A stretch of DNA of 64,000 bases from Mobula hypostoma (lineage: Eukaryota). Every line of letters starts with the position of its first letter. Position 1 is the stretch's first letter. The notes below the pieces were generated by a model. It worked only from the letters and a program-made list of their open reading frames with translations. It did not search any database and was not told where the DNA came from. This document shows positions 1 to 12,633 of this stretch, in pieces. The position numbers and the translations under genes were made by a program. The stretch is from assembly GCF_963921235.1 (NCBI RefSeq), contig NC_086101.1:79794001-79858000 (forward strand), read 5' to 3'.

Positions 1-538
1 CTTTTCAATGAATTTCTAAATACATCCCAAAATACATTTGACAGAGATCAAATTTGCAGCATTTCTTAATAATTTGCTAAGTCTGAAATATTGCTGATGT
101 GCAAGACCAGGCACTAAATGCTAAGAGAGAGACTTAATGGATGAAGGATGCATGGTTCTATCCTCTCCAAAGGTCAACTGACTCAGTGAGGGTGTAACTA
201 AACTACAAGGGGTGGATAGCTTGAATGACTTACTTATCCCACCTTTCTCCCCCCCATAAGTTAGTGATGAAAATAATTTTCCATCTCATGGTAGCAATGC
301 ATTTAATAACTTTCAAAAGGATTTGGAACTTGAGACAGAATCGCTAACATTTCAAAAGTACGTAGACCACTATTCCACCAAGCATAAACCACAAGTCCAT
401 TGACCAAAAACTGAGAAGTGAGATTAACTCAGATGGTTTTTTTGGTTAACATGGAAACAGAGTGCCAAATGGTTTCCTTCTGTACTGCAAATATCTGTAG
501 AATCTATTAGATCAATGTAAAGCAAGAATATACTCCAA

Positions 539-616
539 AAGGGGTTCCCAACCTTTATGCCGTGGACCAATACCATCAAGCAAGGGGTCCATGGACCCCA
601 GTCTGGGAACCTTTGG
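539..616. mobile_element. Short hAT-type MITE remnant
   Basis: Imperfect inverted termini AGGGGTTCCCAAC ... CTGGGAACCTTTG about 78 bp apart. Confidence 0.5.
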
Positions 617-1309
617 TGCAGCACAGCTAAAAAAGGACTGAAAACTTGCATCAGAGCCACTCTCATGAGCAGATCAGTACCAGTCTTCTGAAGAACAGTG
701 CATGTTGTTGCTTGAAACATAGTGGAAAAAGCATTAGAAAAGTGATAATTAACACCTCCAAACTGACATCAAATGACAAGATCTACACACAGTTAGTTTC
801 ATACTAAATGGTTCACCAGGTTCCCTCTAGGACTGCAGAAAGTAAAAAAAAATGTGGCGAATCTAATCTTTAAATATATTTGGTCTTTACAACCACTGTT
901 TTTCAGCCTGCTGGCACTGGTAATGGTTTTGCAGTTGCAACTCACAGATCACTGAGACATTTTTTTTGGTTCTTTTGTTGTTTCACTAACACCCAGGTGT
1001 GCTAGCACTTATGGCTACCACTTAATACCACCAAGAACTACGAGGAAAGCACATTGGCCATTCAAACTCCACAACCTCACCCCACCCCAATGCCCACACC
1101 ATTTTGTCACCAGAGTGACATTTTCCTGTACTAACTCATACTCCTCAAATTTCCTTGATATGCAAAAATTGTCAAATCTGCATGCTAACATAGGGCCAAC
1201 AATACCCAGGTTGTGTTGAAGACCAACACATTTTAATCATTAAAAAGAACACTCTACATTTTTTTAATTGTTTTCAACCTAGGGGGATAACCACATTGCT
1301 ACACACATG

Positions 1310-1610
1310 GGCAGCACATTGGCTTACAGTTTCAGTGACAAAGGCTTGATCAGAATTTCTGGTGCTATCTATGTGGCATTTGCACATCTTCCATGTGACC
1401 AGGAAGGTCTTCAATTGCTCTCATCTTTATCTACATCCTCACAACTCGCAAGCTGTAGTTTAATTGATCTCTACGTAGTTTAAGTAGTCTCTACGCATGT
1501 ACTTTGGAGAAGCTCCTAGGAGTGTGGAGAGAAAATGATATGGCTAGGATTAGTGTAAATGAGTGCATGATAGTCAGTGGAAATAGGCTGAAAGGCCTGT
1601 AGATCTCTGT
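1310..1610 (+). mobile_element. Decayed V-SINE (HE1-like)
   Basis: Degenerate V-domain-like sequence (TGTGGCATTTGCACATCTTCCATGTGACC) and CR1-like tail GGCTGAAAGGCCTGT. Confidence 0.5.
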
Positions 1611-1718
1611 GAATATGTATACTCCATTAGTGGTTGGTCATTAGGCTATTTTTATTGTCTTCAAACATCTTTTCATCATCAAAGCTTTTTTAAAAAAAAA
1701 ATCAACAGAAAACTTAAT

Positions 1719-2322
1719 CTAATTCAAATTCAGTTTATTGCCATTCAACTGTATGCATGTATACTGGCAAATGAAGATGATGATGATGAATGTATCTACT
1801 ATAACACCTCCAGCACAAGCCATTGAACCCTTGAAAGTGAGTCCATAGGTTGTGGAATTAGTACAGGGTTGGGGTGAGTGAAGTTCAAAGTAAACTTTAT
1901 CATCAGAGTACATACTTGTCACCACATACAATCCTGACATTCTTTTATTTGGGCATACTTAGCAAATCTATAGAACAGTAACTGTAAACTGTAAAGTTAC
2001 ACATTGTTATCCACACTGGCTAAGGAGCCCGATAGTTGAAGGGTAATAACTGTTCCTAAACCCAGTGGCGTGGGACCCAAGGCTCCTGTATCCTTCTTCC
2101 TGATGGCAGCAGTAAGAAGGGAGCATGGTGTGAATCCTTAATGATGGGCGCTGCTTTCTTGTGCCAACGCTCAATGGTGGGAAGGGCTTTCCCTACGATG
2201 GATTGGGCTGTATCCACCATTTTTTGTAGATTTTTCCCCATCTTGGGCATTGATGTTTTCATGTCAGGCCATGATGCAACCAGTCAGTAAACTCTCCATT
2301 GTGCATCTATAAAAGTGAATCT
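1719..2322 (-). mobile_element. Rex1/Babar-type LINE 3-prime fragments
   Basis: Minus-strand peptides AQSIVGKALPTIE..KKAAPIIKDSH..LLPSGRR and FYRCTMESLLTGCIMA, plus a 3-prime UTR shared with other copies in the window. Confidence 0.8.
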
Positions 2323-3203
2323 GCACAATACTAGTTCTGTACATTTGTCCCAGCCTAATTCTAGCAGAATCTATTCGAGAGGAACAACTTTCTTTTTCCT
2401 CTGGTACAGGTAATAATGCACCAAGGAACTGTAAATCAATACTACCATAATCATTTAACCACACATTCAATTCTTCAATCTTATTTTAAATTCCTGTGTT
2501 GAATTTGCCTTTTACTGCACAACAGACCACCTCTTACGTTCTCTATTTTATTTGCTATTGCCCCTCCTCCTGTTTTTGTTCTTGCTTCAGACTGATAAAA
2601 GTCGGCAATATACAATCATCAACCAGAAATACGAATGCCATTTCTTACTTTACAATTATTGCCTACCCCAAGCATTTTCATCATAGACTCATGCAAAAAA
2701 AAACAACAACAGCTTGCTTACCTGAAGTAAAACCGGAAACTGCTGTAAACAGTCAGGTTAGGAAACAGAAGATTTCAGGCCAATGATCTTCTGTCAGAAC
2801 TGAGAAAATGTCAAAAATGCAACCAGTTGCAAAGGGGAGGGGAATACTGGAGGGAAAAAAAAAGGTCAGTGGAAATCAAGAGAGATTAAATGACACGTAA
2901 CTGAAAGTTGGCATTAAAGATAACTGAATGACTAAAGGCCTATCTGAAGATGAATGTAGGCGATGATAAATGAAGTCTAAGTGTCACAGGAGAGGCAGAA
3001 ACAAACCATACTGGCAATCTGTGGTACAGTACTGGGGATGGTTATTTATCTGAAATTGTAATAGATGGCTGAAGACTATAATGTGCCAGTAAATATGTAG
3101 TTATAAAGCTTACAAGGAATTTCATTGTTACAGTGTAGAAGGCCAAAGATAGAGATCAGAGTGAGAGTGGGATGGCAATTACAGGTGACAGACGACTGGA
3201 AAC

Positions 3204-3335
3204 ATAGACAAGAGAAACTCACACAAAATGCTGGAGGAACTCAGCAGGACAGGCAGCATCTATGGAAACGAGTACAGTCAATGTTTCAGGCTGAGACCCT
3301 TCATCCTGAGTCGACTATATTCTTTTCCGTGGAAA
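3204..3335. mobile_element. Penelope-derived short palindromic element (decayed)
   Basis: ACACAAAATGCTGGAGGAACTCAGCAGG..GCAGCATCTATGG family, homologous to 21141-21346, with a partial inverted arm. Confidence 0.7.
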
Positions 3336-3544
3336 CATAGGGTTACTCTTATGGAATGAACAGAAGCACTCTGCAAAGCAGTCACCCAATCAGCATGTGG
3401 TTGCCCCAGCATAAACAGGAAACCACATCATGATTTAAGAACTCAATTAAACCCTTGTAAATTTATTCTGCTGCTTTCAAAGATTTTATTTTTAATTTCA
3501 GTTTATTAACTTAGCCAAATTTAAACTCCTTAGCTATTGCATCT

Positions 3545-5015
3545 AAATCCTAACTCAGGTTCTACATGACCCACAATTTCCTCACTTGCAAACACCAGTC
3601 AGTTTGGATTGGCAACATCTCCTCCACAATCTCCATTAGTACAGGTGCACCACAAGACTGTGTGCTTAATCCCGTCCTCTACTCACTTTACACTTATGTC
3701 TGTGTAGCTAAGCACAGCTTCAATGGCATACTTAAATTTGCTGACAATACCACCACTGTAGGCCAAATCAAAGGTGGTTTTGAATCAGCATAGAGGAGGA
3801 AGATTAAAAATCTAGCTGAGTGGTGCCACAACAACCTTTCACTCAGCAGGACCTTAATATAGACATCCGTTAGTCTCATGAGACCATGGATTTGCGCCTT
3901 AGAAGGTTTCCAGGGCGCAGGCCTGGGCAAGGTCGTATGGAAGACCAGCAGTTGCCTATGCTGCAAGTCTCCCCTCTCCATGCCACCGATATTGTCCAAG
4001 GGAAGGGCATTAGGACCCATACAGCTTGGCACCGGTGTTGTCGCAGAGCAATATGTGGTTAAGTGCCTTGCTCAAAGACATTCACGCTGCCCCAGCCAAG
4101 GCTCGAACTAGCGACCTTCAAATCACTAGACGAACGCCTTAACCATTTGGCCATGCGCCAACACAAGGAGCTGATTATTGACTTCAGGAGGAGGGAACCA
4201 GACATCCATGAGTCAGTCCTCATTAGGGGATATAAGGTTGGAGAGGGCCAGCAACTTTAAATTCCTTGGTTATCACTTCAGAGGAGTTGTCCTGTGCCCA
4301 GCATGCAAGTCCAATTATGAAGAAAGCATGGCAGTGCCTCTACTTCCTTGGGAGTTTGTGAAAATTTGCCACGACATTAAAAACTTGGACAAACTTCTGT
4401 AGATGTGTTCTGGACAGTACAACGACTGGTTGCATCACAGCCTACTAGGGAAACACCAGTACCCTTGAAAGTAAAATCCTACAAAAAGTAGCCGGTTCAA
4501 CCCAGTCCACGAAGGGTAAAGCCCTCCCCACTATTGAGCACATCGACACAGAGCATTGGTGCAGGAAAGCAACATCTATCATCGGAGACTCCCGCCACCT
4601 AGGTCACACTCTCTTCTTGCTGCTGCCATCAGAAAGGTGGTGCAGGGTCCTCAGGACTCCCGCTACTAGATTCAGGACCAGTTACCACCCCTCAACCATC
4701 ACGCTCTTGAGCTAGTGGGAGTAACTTCACTCATCCCATCACTGAACTGTTCCCACAATCTATGGACTCACTTTCAAGGACTCTTTATCTCATGTCCTCA
4801 ATATTTTATTGCTTAGTTATTTATTATTATTTCCTCTTTTGGATTTCCACAATTTGTCGTCTTTTGCACACCGTTTGTTTTGTCTACCCTGTAGGGTGTG
4901 GCTTTTCATTGATTTTTCATTGGTTCCTGGATGTACTGAGTATGCCGACAAGAAAACAAATCTCAGCGTTGTACATGGTGACATACATGCACTTTGATAA
5001 TAAATTTACTTTGAA
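3545..5015 (+). mobile_element. Rex1/Babar-type LINE, 5-prime truncated and frameshifted, interrupted by a SINE
   Basis: RT motifs STGAPQDCVLNPVLYSLYT, KFADNTTTVG and KELIIDFRR; 3-prime tail AATAAATTTACTTTGAAC. Confidence 0.88.
3858..4162 (-). mobile_element. tRNA-head SINE with CORE-like middle and RTE-like tail (copy 1)
   Basis: Minus strand has A box TGGCCAAATGG, B box GTTCGAGCC, CORE-like TTGAGCAAGGCACTTAACC and tail AATCCATGGTCTCATGAGACTAACGGATG. Near-identical to 6831-7094. Confidence 0.85.
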
Positions 5016-5984
5016 CAACAATCATTAATTTCTTCGTATTTCTACCCAAATTCATGCATTGGAAGGCAGGTGACACTGAAAATGCAGGCATTTATTTCCA
5101 TCTTTCAGAAACTGATTGCATGCTTCCAGTGTTGCTTCCACAGGGCACTGAATTCTAAGAGGAAGACTTAGTGATGTTTACACAGAAGATGAGAGAGCCA
5201 AATAAATGAATTACTTCTTTATTTTAGCTTTCCATGCAAAGACGAACTTTGCATGGCCAACTCAAATATGATCCTCCACAACCAGGATCAATACGTTGAC
5301 GTCGTACAGAGGCTTGCATGCTTCAAGGACTCCATCAGGCGATGCCAACTCAGACCCACCTATGTTGGAACTGCTGTGGATGAGATGCCAGACGAAGATC
5401 CATCCAACCCCAGCTCCCAAACAGACAGACTTGTAGCTGCCCTCCTGGGCCATGCTATACGAAACTCAAAGATAATAATGGCACAAAGACAACAAATAGC
5501 AGATCATTTTCAAAGGCATATATAGGTTCAGAGATAAGGGCTCTTCCAACATGACCCAATGTAGAGCTCCATCCTCACTTTTAGTTCCATCTTATTACTT
5601 TGACAAGGAGAGACAAAGATGGTTCCAGGAAGTTGGCTGAGATCATGAGCAGCATTTCATGTTGAAATGTTGACAATAAAACCTTCTAGAATGAACTAGA
5701 TTATGCTAACCTCACTTGTGAATTGGCATAATGCTTAACCCATTGATGACATTTGTATTAGTTTTGATCTTGGTAGGCCTGTTGCTATTTATTTATTTAT
5801 TTATTTATTTATATATAATGGAATGGCTGGTAAGGCCATTAGCTAGATCATCCACAGTTAACTGGACTACATAAACATGTAGCCCAGACAGGATTCATTG
5901 CTAATGAACTAGCTGGGTTTTGGTTTTACTTTAAATATTACACGCACCAATTTCAGGAACTTGCAATCTGAGTAGTCTCTCTAA

Positions 5985-6402
5985 TGTTCTCTGGAGTTCA
6001 GAAGAATGAGAGGGGATCTTACAGAAACATACAAAATTTTGAAAGGGATAGATAAGATAGAAGTAGGAAAGTTGTTTCCTTTGGTAGGTGAGCCTAGAGC
6101 TAGGGGACATTGCCTCAAGATTCAGGGGAGAAGATTTAGGACGGAGATGAGGAAAAATTGTTTTTCCCAGAGTGGTGAATCTGTGGAATTCTCTGCCCAG
6201 GGAAGCAGTTGAGGCTTCCTCACTAAATATATTTAAGAAACAGTTAGATAGGTTTTTACATAGTAAGGGAATTAATGGTTATGGGAAAAAGGCAGGTAGA
6301 TGGAGCTGAGTTTACGGACAGATCAACCATGATCTTATTGAATGGCGGGGCAGGCTCGATGGGCCGGATGGCCTACTCCTGCTCCTATTTCTTATGTTCT
6401 TA
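5985..6402 (+). mobile_element. CR1 LINE 3-prime end
   Basis: SLEFRRMRGDLTETYKILKG..RGHCLKI peptide; CR1 3-prime stem and TTCTTATG tail. Confidence 0.92.
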
Positions 6403-6830
6403 AGTTAAAAAAATAGAAACAAATATTATAAGCCCAGAAAGAAAGTTTTCTTATGTATGTACCTAAAACTCTGAACAAAATTTTGAGAGATCTTTGGACA
6501 ATTACAGTCAGCTTTACCGGTGGATGTGTGACTTAATAGAAGGTTTGGTAAATTCACTTACAAGAGATAATTTACAGGCATTAAAATGCCCAAAATTCCC
6601 CAAATTTTATCAGCGATGATATTGTATCCAGATCATTTCGACCGCAACATAAGTGCAGAGATACCGGAAAGCTTGTCTTTTGAATTGTAAAACACAGACG
6701 GATGGCTAATATTGGATCTGATTAGACTATGTGTAATATTAGTTGGAAGACCAATAAACTAGAAGCTTGAAAGAATACAAGGGAAAATGCAACCATTACT
6801 TTTGTCTATGCACTATAGTTGTAATGTATA

Positions 6831-7094
6831 GTTGCGCGTGGCCAAGTGGATAAGGCGTTCGTCTAGTGATTTGAAGGTCGCTAGTTCGAGCCTTGGCTGA
6901 GGCAGCGAGTGTGTCCTTGAGCAAGGCACTTAACCACACATTGCTCTGCGACGACACTGGTGCCAAGCTGTATGGGTCCTAATGCCCTTCCCTTGGATAA
7001 CATCGGTGGCGTGGAGAGGGGAGACTTGCAGCATGGGCAACTGCTGGTCTTCCAAGGCACAAATCCATGGTCTCATGAGACTAACGGATGCCTA
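6831..7094 (+). mobile_element. tRNA-head SINE (copy 2, internal deletion)
   Basis: A box TGGCCAAGTGG, B box GTTCGAGCC; flanking duplication TATAGTTGTAA (6814-6824 and 7095-7105). Confidence 0.88.
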
Positions 7095-8265
7095 TATAGT
7101 TGTAACAAAAACATGAGGATGGTGTTGAACATTGGTAGATTGGGATGAGGCCATCTACAAACCCCAAAAAACCGCGAGCTATAGAATTCAAAAGTTAACT
7201 GAGTGGGAAGCCAATCAGGACTGAAGCAAACGAACTGGGGCTTATTTAAAATAACAGCACTCCCAGAGAGAAACACAAACAAATGTGCACTGGGGATGTC
7301 ACCTCGACTGGTGATGAAACGCCTGCAAGCTAAATGCCAGGGTCAGCAAACACCACCACAACATCAAACAAAAGCATTGTTGTTAAAACTATCTCATTAT
7401 TTCTAATTATTTTATTGCTTCATTCTATATTGCACACACAAGTAATCAAGTTCAAACTGAAGCTAGTTATAGGTTGAGTTTCTTAACCAAGATGCCAGGT
7501 GCTCCCATCAAGAAACAAAGCAAAAATGATTTTTCCTCCTAAATTTTCTGTACATCAAGCAAGCAATATGATAAATTCTAGACACAAGACTAGAAATGAA
7601 TTTAAATAGATTACTAGTAATATGCATCAACAACTTTCCTGTCAAATAAAATAACTCAAGACTACATTTGACCTCAGTAAAATTAGAATGGAAGGAAATT
7701 GGCAGCAGGAGAACTCTCAGTCTGGTTAACATTAAGACACAAGGAATTGGGGAGACAGAATTATATTGATCCATAATATAATTATGAATATATTAATGGA
7801 ATAATATTGAATAGGTTTGAAATCAGAAAATAGTATTGTAATTTGTTTACTATTTCAAAAAGTATACGGTTGAAACAAATAAAGTCATCTCCAAAGTTAT
7901 ATACTTGCCAAAATGGTACCAGCAACCAATGCTGATGTTTTTCAGATGACTCACTAAACTACTAGATACTAATCTTCTTCTGAACTGTGATCGCTGCAGT
8001 CTGCAGCCTGTAATTTCTCTTTTAAGGATGTACTTCTGAAACAACTAAACGACTTGGTGCTTTTGCGATCTCCAGGGGATTTGGTGAACTAAACTCTTGA
8101 AAGTGCAAGTATGGCCGGGGCAGCCATTTCTGTGGGTGGATGCTAAGCTGAGAACTGATAGCGGACAATGGACCCGCGGTCAGCTCCATTACTTTGTGCC
8201 AATTAAAGCATTGAGCAATATTAAAATAGTCAAGGCCCCAGAGTGGAAAACAAACAGGTGCTTAG

Positions 8266-8380
8266 CACCTGATGAATGGTCTCGGTCCAAAACGTCGACT
8301 GTACTCTTTCCCATAGATGCTGCTTGGCCTGCTGAGTTCCTCCAGCATTTTGTATGTGTGGCTTGGACTGCTAGCATCTT
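8266..8380 (+). mobile_element. Penelope-derived element with mutated hammerhead core
   Basis: CTGATGAATGGTCTCGGTCCAAAACGTCGAC followed by the family sequence GATGCTGCTTGGCCTGCTGAGTTCCTCCAGC. Confidence 0.75.
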
Positions 8381-8399
8381 GTTCGTGCTCAGTGCTGTT

Positions 8400-8748
8400 T
8401 GACACGTCTCTCCTTCTTCTTGTTAATACATCAGTTGGGAGGTGCAGGAGTCTTGGTTCCCACACACTAAGTTTGGGAGCAATTATTCCCAGCAGCCGTA
8501 AGGTTCTTGGATGGGGTTAACTCGCCTCAGCGTTGAAATGTCTCTGTGCTGTGGACTCACTTTCAGGGGCTTGCAGTTCGTATTCCTTTTGTTTTTTTTA
8601 ACTATTTGTGCAACTTGTCCTCTTTTGCAAATTGAATATGTGTGTGTTTTTAGAGAATTGAATTGCGTTTCTTTGTTTCATGAGTGCCTGCAAGATGAAT
8701 CGCAAGATTACATATGGTGTATATATTTCGATAATAAATTTGAACTCT
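8400..8748 (+). mobile_element. Rex1-type LINE 3-prime end/UTR, decayed
   Basis: Homologous to 4610-5015; ends GATAATAAATTTGAACT. Confidence 0.65.
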
Positions 8749-9450
8749 AATTCTGCAGGGGAACCTTGTTCAGCAGTATTGCAGATCAAAGATTCAGGCA
8801 TGTAATCTATTGGATTTTCCTACTGATTTAGCATAATTAGTCTGTTACATTGAATGGTACATTATTGATCATAACCACAGGAATTACGACTTGATAACCA
8901 AGTATGAGCTTGGCCAGGATTTCAGAGTCATCATCTTGATTTTCCAAAACAATTTAAACACCTTTCCTTTTCAAAGCTGAAAGAGAAGGTAAGCAAGCAA
9001 CTATTTACAGAATTTCAAAATCCAGAATATAAATTGTACCTAATGAATTTCAAATATCTGGGGTACTCAATACAATCCATGCATTAGAGCCTTGGAAAAT
9101 GCTGTTATAACGTATTAGCTTTCACAACTAACTAAGCAGCTTTTCCAATATTCTTTCCCCAATAACAGCTGCTTGAAAGGGCTTAGCAAATAAGGTCAGT
9201 GTTGCAGATGTATAAGCTACATTAAAAAATAGACAAATAAATTATCCCTTTTAAGAAAGCCTACAAATAGGAAGTCAACTCTCTACCAATCTGTGGGGAC
9301 ATCTTTGTGCCTGTAAGGATGATTTATTTATAAGGGTTCACTGATACGAGTGTATGATTTAATGTTTCATGTTCTGATATTATACTTCATGGCATTTACT
9401 TATCCCAAATTATACTAAGTATGAAAATAAAAAAGTTAAAAATATAGGTA

Positions 9451-11633
9451 CAGTGGTGCTAGGTTTGTGAAATCTGCAGGATTTTCTCTAATTCTGCATA
9501 GATATGACCAAAACTGTGATCAGATCTTCATAAAATTAGATAAAGAGAACCCAATTAAATAAATCACACAAAAGCACTATACTTGTTCATTTACTTATTG
9601 AGAAAAATGATCCAATATTACAATTACTTTTTGGAAAAAAAAGTATGTGAACCTCTAGGATAATACCTTCTACAAAAGCTCTTAGGAGTTAGGTGTTCCT
9701 ATCAATGAGATGAGATTGGAAGTGTGAGTTGTAGAGGTGCCCTGACTGATATAAAAAAAAGACACACAAAGTCAGGTTACTGACAACCTGCTCTTCAAGA
9801 CATTTCTGTCTAGGTGCATCGTGCCTCGATCAAAACAACTTTCAGAGGACCTCAGAAAAAGAATAGTAGAGATACATCAAGCTGGAAAAGATTACCAAAG
9901 CATTTCTAAAGACCTGAGAGTTCATCAGTCCACAGTAAGAAAAATGTCTACAAATGAAGGAAAATCAGTACTGTTGTTACTCTTGCTAGCAGTGTGTGTC
10001 CTGCAAAGATCACTCCAAGAGCACAATGTACAATGTTGAAGGAGATGAAAAAGAACCCAAGGGTAACAACAAAAGACCTGCAGAAATCTCTAGAACTTGC
10101 TAAAGTGTCTGTTCATGTGTTCACTCTAATAAATACACTGAAAAAGAATGGTGTTCATGGAAGGACACCACAAAGGATACCACTGCTCTTCAAAAAAGCA
10201 TTGTTAATGTCTCAAGTTGCAAAAGACCCCTTGATGTTCTACAATGCTTCTGAAACAATGTTCTGTGGACAGATGAGATAAAAGTTGGAACTTTTTGGGA
10301 GGAGAAGATGGTGACGCGACGCAGTTTGCAGCGGCCACTCTGGTGGAGATATCTGTTATCTGTCAAGTAGGGCGCCGTGCACAATCCTGATTTGATGGAG
10401 ACAGACGTGAAAGCACGGAGGAACAGAAGTTTCACCAGATGAATGCCTGCTTCGCTGCCACTGCTACTGTGTGATCCAGAATCTCCGGTGGGGAAGGCCG
10501 AGTCCTCGGCTTTGCTTGTTGCTCAGCGGCCGGGGCGAGGTCGAAAGCGCTCGGCAGAGGATGGTGCTCGGTATCGGAGGGCTGGTTGGAGGCTCGAAGT
10601 TTTCGGACGGACTCAAGAGTCGGCTGCAGTCAGGTGCTTCCAATGCATTTGCAAGTTTGCAGCGCTTGGAGGTTCGTGGCAGGGAGAGTTTCTCCCTTCT
10701 ACGTGAGATGATGGGGCTATAGGGACTGGAGACTTTTTTTTAAACAGTGCCCATGGTCTGCTCTTTATCAAATTACGGTATTGCTTTGCATTGTTGAAAC
10801 TATATGTTATAATTATGTGGTTTTGTCAGTTTTAGTCTTGGTCTGTCTTGTGTTTCTGTGATATCATTCTGGAGGAACATTGTATTATTTTTTAATGCAT
10901 GCATTTCTAAATGAGAATAAATGAGGACTGAGTGTCCTCATAATCTAATCTAATCTAAATGCTTGGAGGAAAAAGGGCACTGCACACCAACATGAAAACT
11001 TCATCCTGACTGTGAAGCATGGTGGAAGGAGCAGCATAGTTCATGGCTGCTTGCTGCTTCTGGGCCTGGACAGCTTGTAATCATTGAGGGAACAACAAAT
11101 GCAAAACTTATCAAGACATTTCACAGGAGAATGTCAGGGTAGCAGTCCATCACCTGAAGCTAAGCAGAAGTTGGATAATGCAAGACAATGATCTGAAACA
11201 CGAGAGTAAATCAACAACAGGATGGTTTCAAAAGAAAAAAAATCCTGCTTTGGAATGGCTGAGTCGAAGTCCTGACTTTAATCCTATAGAAATGCTGTGG
11301 AAGGACCTGTAGCAAGCAGTTCATGTAAGGAAGTCCAGCAGCATCGCAGAGTTGAAGCAGTTCTGTAAGGAGGAATGGCCTAAAATTCCTCCAAGCGGGT
11401 CACATCAGTTACTGAAAGCGAAGGTTCACATACTTTTTCCAAGAAAAACATGTAATATTGGATCATTTTTCTCAATAAATAAATGAACAAATATAATGTT
11501 TTGTGTTATTTATTTAATTGGGTTCTCTTTATCTAGTTTTAGTACTTGCGTGAAGATCTGATTACATTTTAGGTCATATTTATGTAGAAATAGAGACAAT
11601 TCTACAGGGTTCACAAACTTTCTTGTTCTACTG
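9451..11633 (+). mobile_element. Tc1/mariner transposon, Frog Prince-like, long inverted repeats, defective transposase
   Basis: TA|CAGTGG left end; about 200-bp inverted repeats at 9451-9655 and 11420-11633. Transposase remnants MPRSKQLSEDLRKRIVEIHQAGK, PAKITPRAQ, TVKHGG, MQDND.KH and SPDFNPIEMLW. Confidence 0.92.
10298..10958 (+). mobile_element. Non-autonomous retroposon (about 660 bp) nested in Tc1
   Basis: Interrupts the transposase. Starts GGAGGAGAAGATGG, has a CpG-rich 5-prime half, AATAAA, and a (TAATC)n tail. Confidence 0.75.
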
Positions 11634-11872
11634 CATGTGTTAAGTTTTCATGATGTAGTACCATAATTTTCTTTCTTTAAAGTTCAGTTCTCAAGTTAAC
11701 AGTTGTAGATCCATGCTAAAACCAAATCAAACTCATTTGGTAATGTGTGACACAAGGACACACTACTAGGACCTTCACACATTTGAAATATTTCTGATAC
11801 CACGTAATCAAAAGGAATAATACAATATATAACGGCGTGGCAAAGGTTTCACTGCTAACGTTGTAGAGTGTT

Positions 11873-12632
11873 TCATAGAACAGTACAGCACAGTACAGGC
11901 TCTTCGGCCCACAATGTTGTGCCAACCCTTAAACCCTGCCTCCCATACAAGCCCCCACCTTAAATTCCTCCATATACCTGTCTAGTAGTCTCTTAAACTT
12001 GACTAGTGTATCTGCCTCCACCACTGACTCAGGCAGTGCATTCCATGCACCAACCACTGAGTGAAAAACCTTCCTCTAATATCCCCCTTGAACTTCCCAT
12101 CCCTTACTTTAAAGCCATGTCCTCTTGTATTGAGCAGTGGTGCCCTGGGGAAGAGGCGCTGGCTATCCACTCTATCTATTCCTCTTATTATCTTGTACAC
12201 CTCTATCATGTCTCTTCTCATCCTCCTTCTCTCCAAAGAGTAAAGCCCTAGCTCCTTTAATCTCTGATCATAATGCATACTCTCTAAACCAGGCAGCATC
12301 CTGATAAATCTCCTCTGTACCCTTTCCAATGCTTCCACATCCTTCCTATAGTGAGATGACCAGAACTGGACACAGTACTCCAAGTGTGGCCTAACCAGAG
12401 TTTTATAGAGTTGCATCATTACATTGCGACTCTTAAACTCTATCCCTCGACTTATGAAAGCTAACACCCCATAAGCTTTCTTAACTACCCTATCCACCTG
12501 TGAGGCAACTTTCAGGGATCTGTGGACATGTACCCCCAGATCCCTCTGCTCCTCCACACTACCAAGTATCCTGCCATTTACTTCGTACTCTGCCTTGCAG
12601 TTTGTCCTTCCAAAGTGTACCACCTCACACTT
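11873..12632 (-). mobile_element. CR1 LINE 3-prime fragment (ORF2 C-terminus)
   Basis: ORF 12003-12623: EQRDLGV..LYKTLVRPHLEYCVQFW..LERVQRRF..RGHGFK. Confidence 0.95.
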
Positions 12633-12633
12633 T

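Noticed and set aside
6831-6905. tRNA gene
   Set aside because: The tRNA-like head continues into a SINE body with a tail and TSD, and a second copy exists at 3858-4162.
10340-10375. U2 snRNA-like start (ATATCTGTTATC)
   Set aside because: The match is only a few bases and does not extend.
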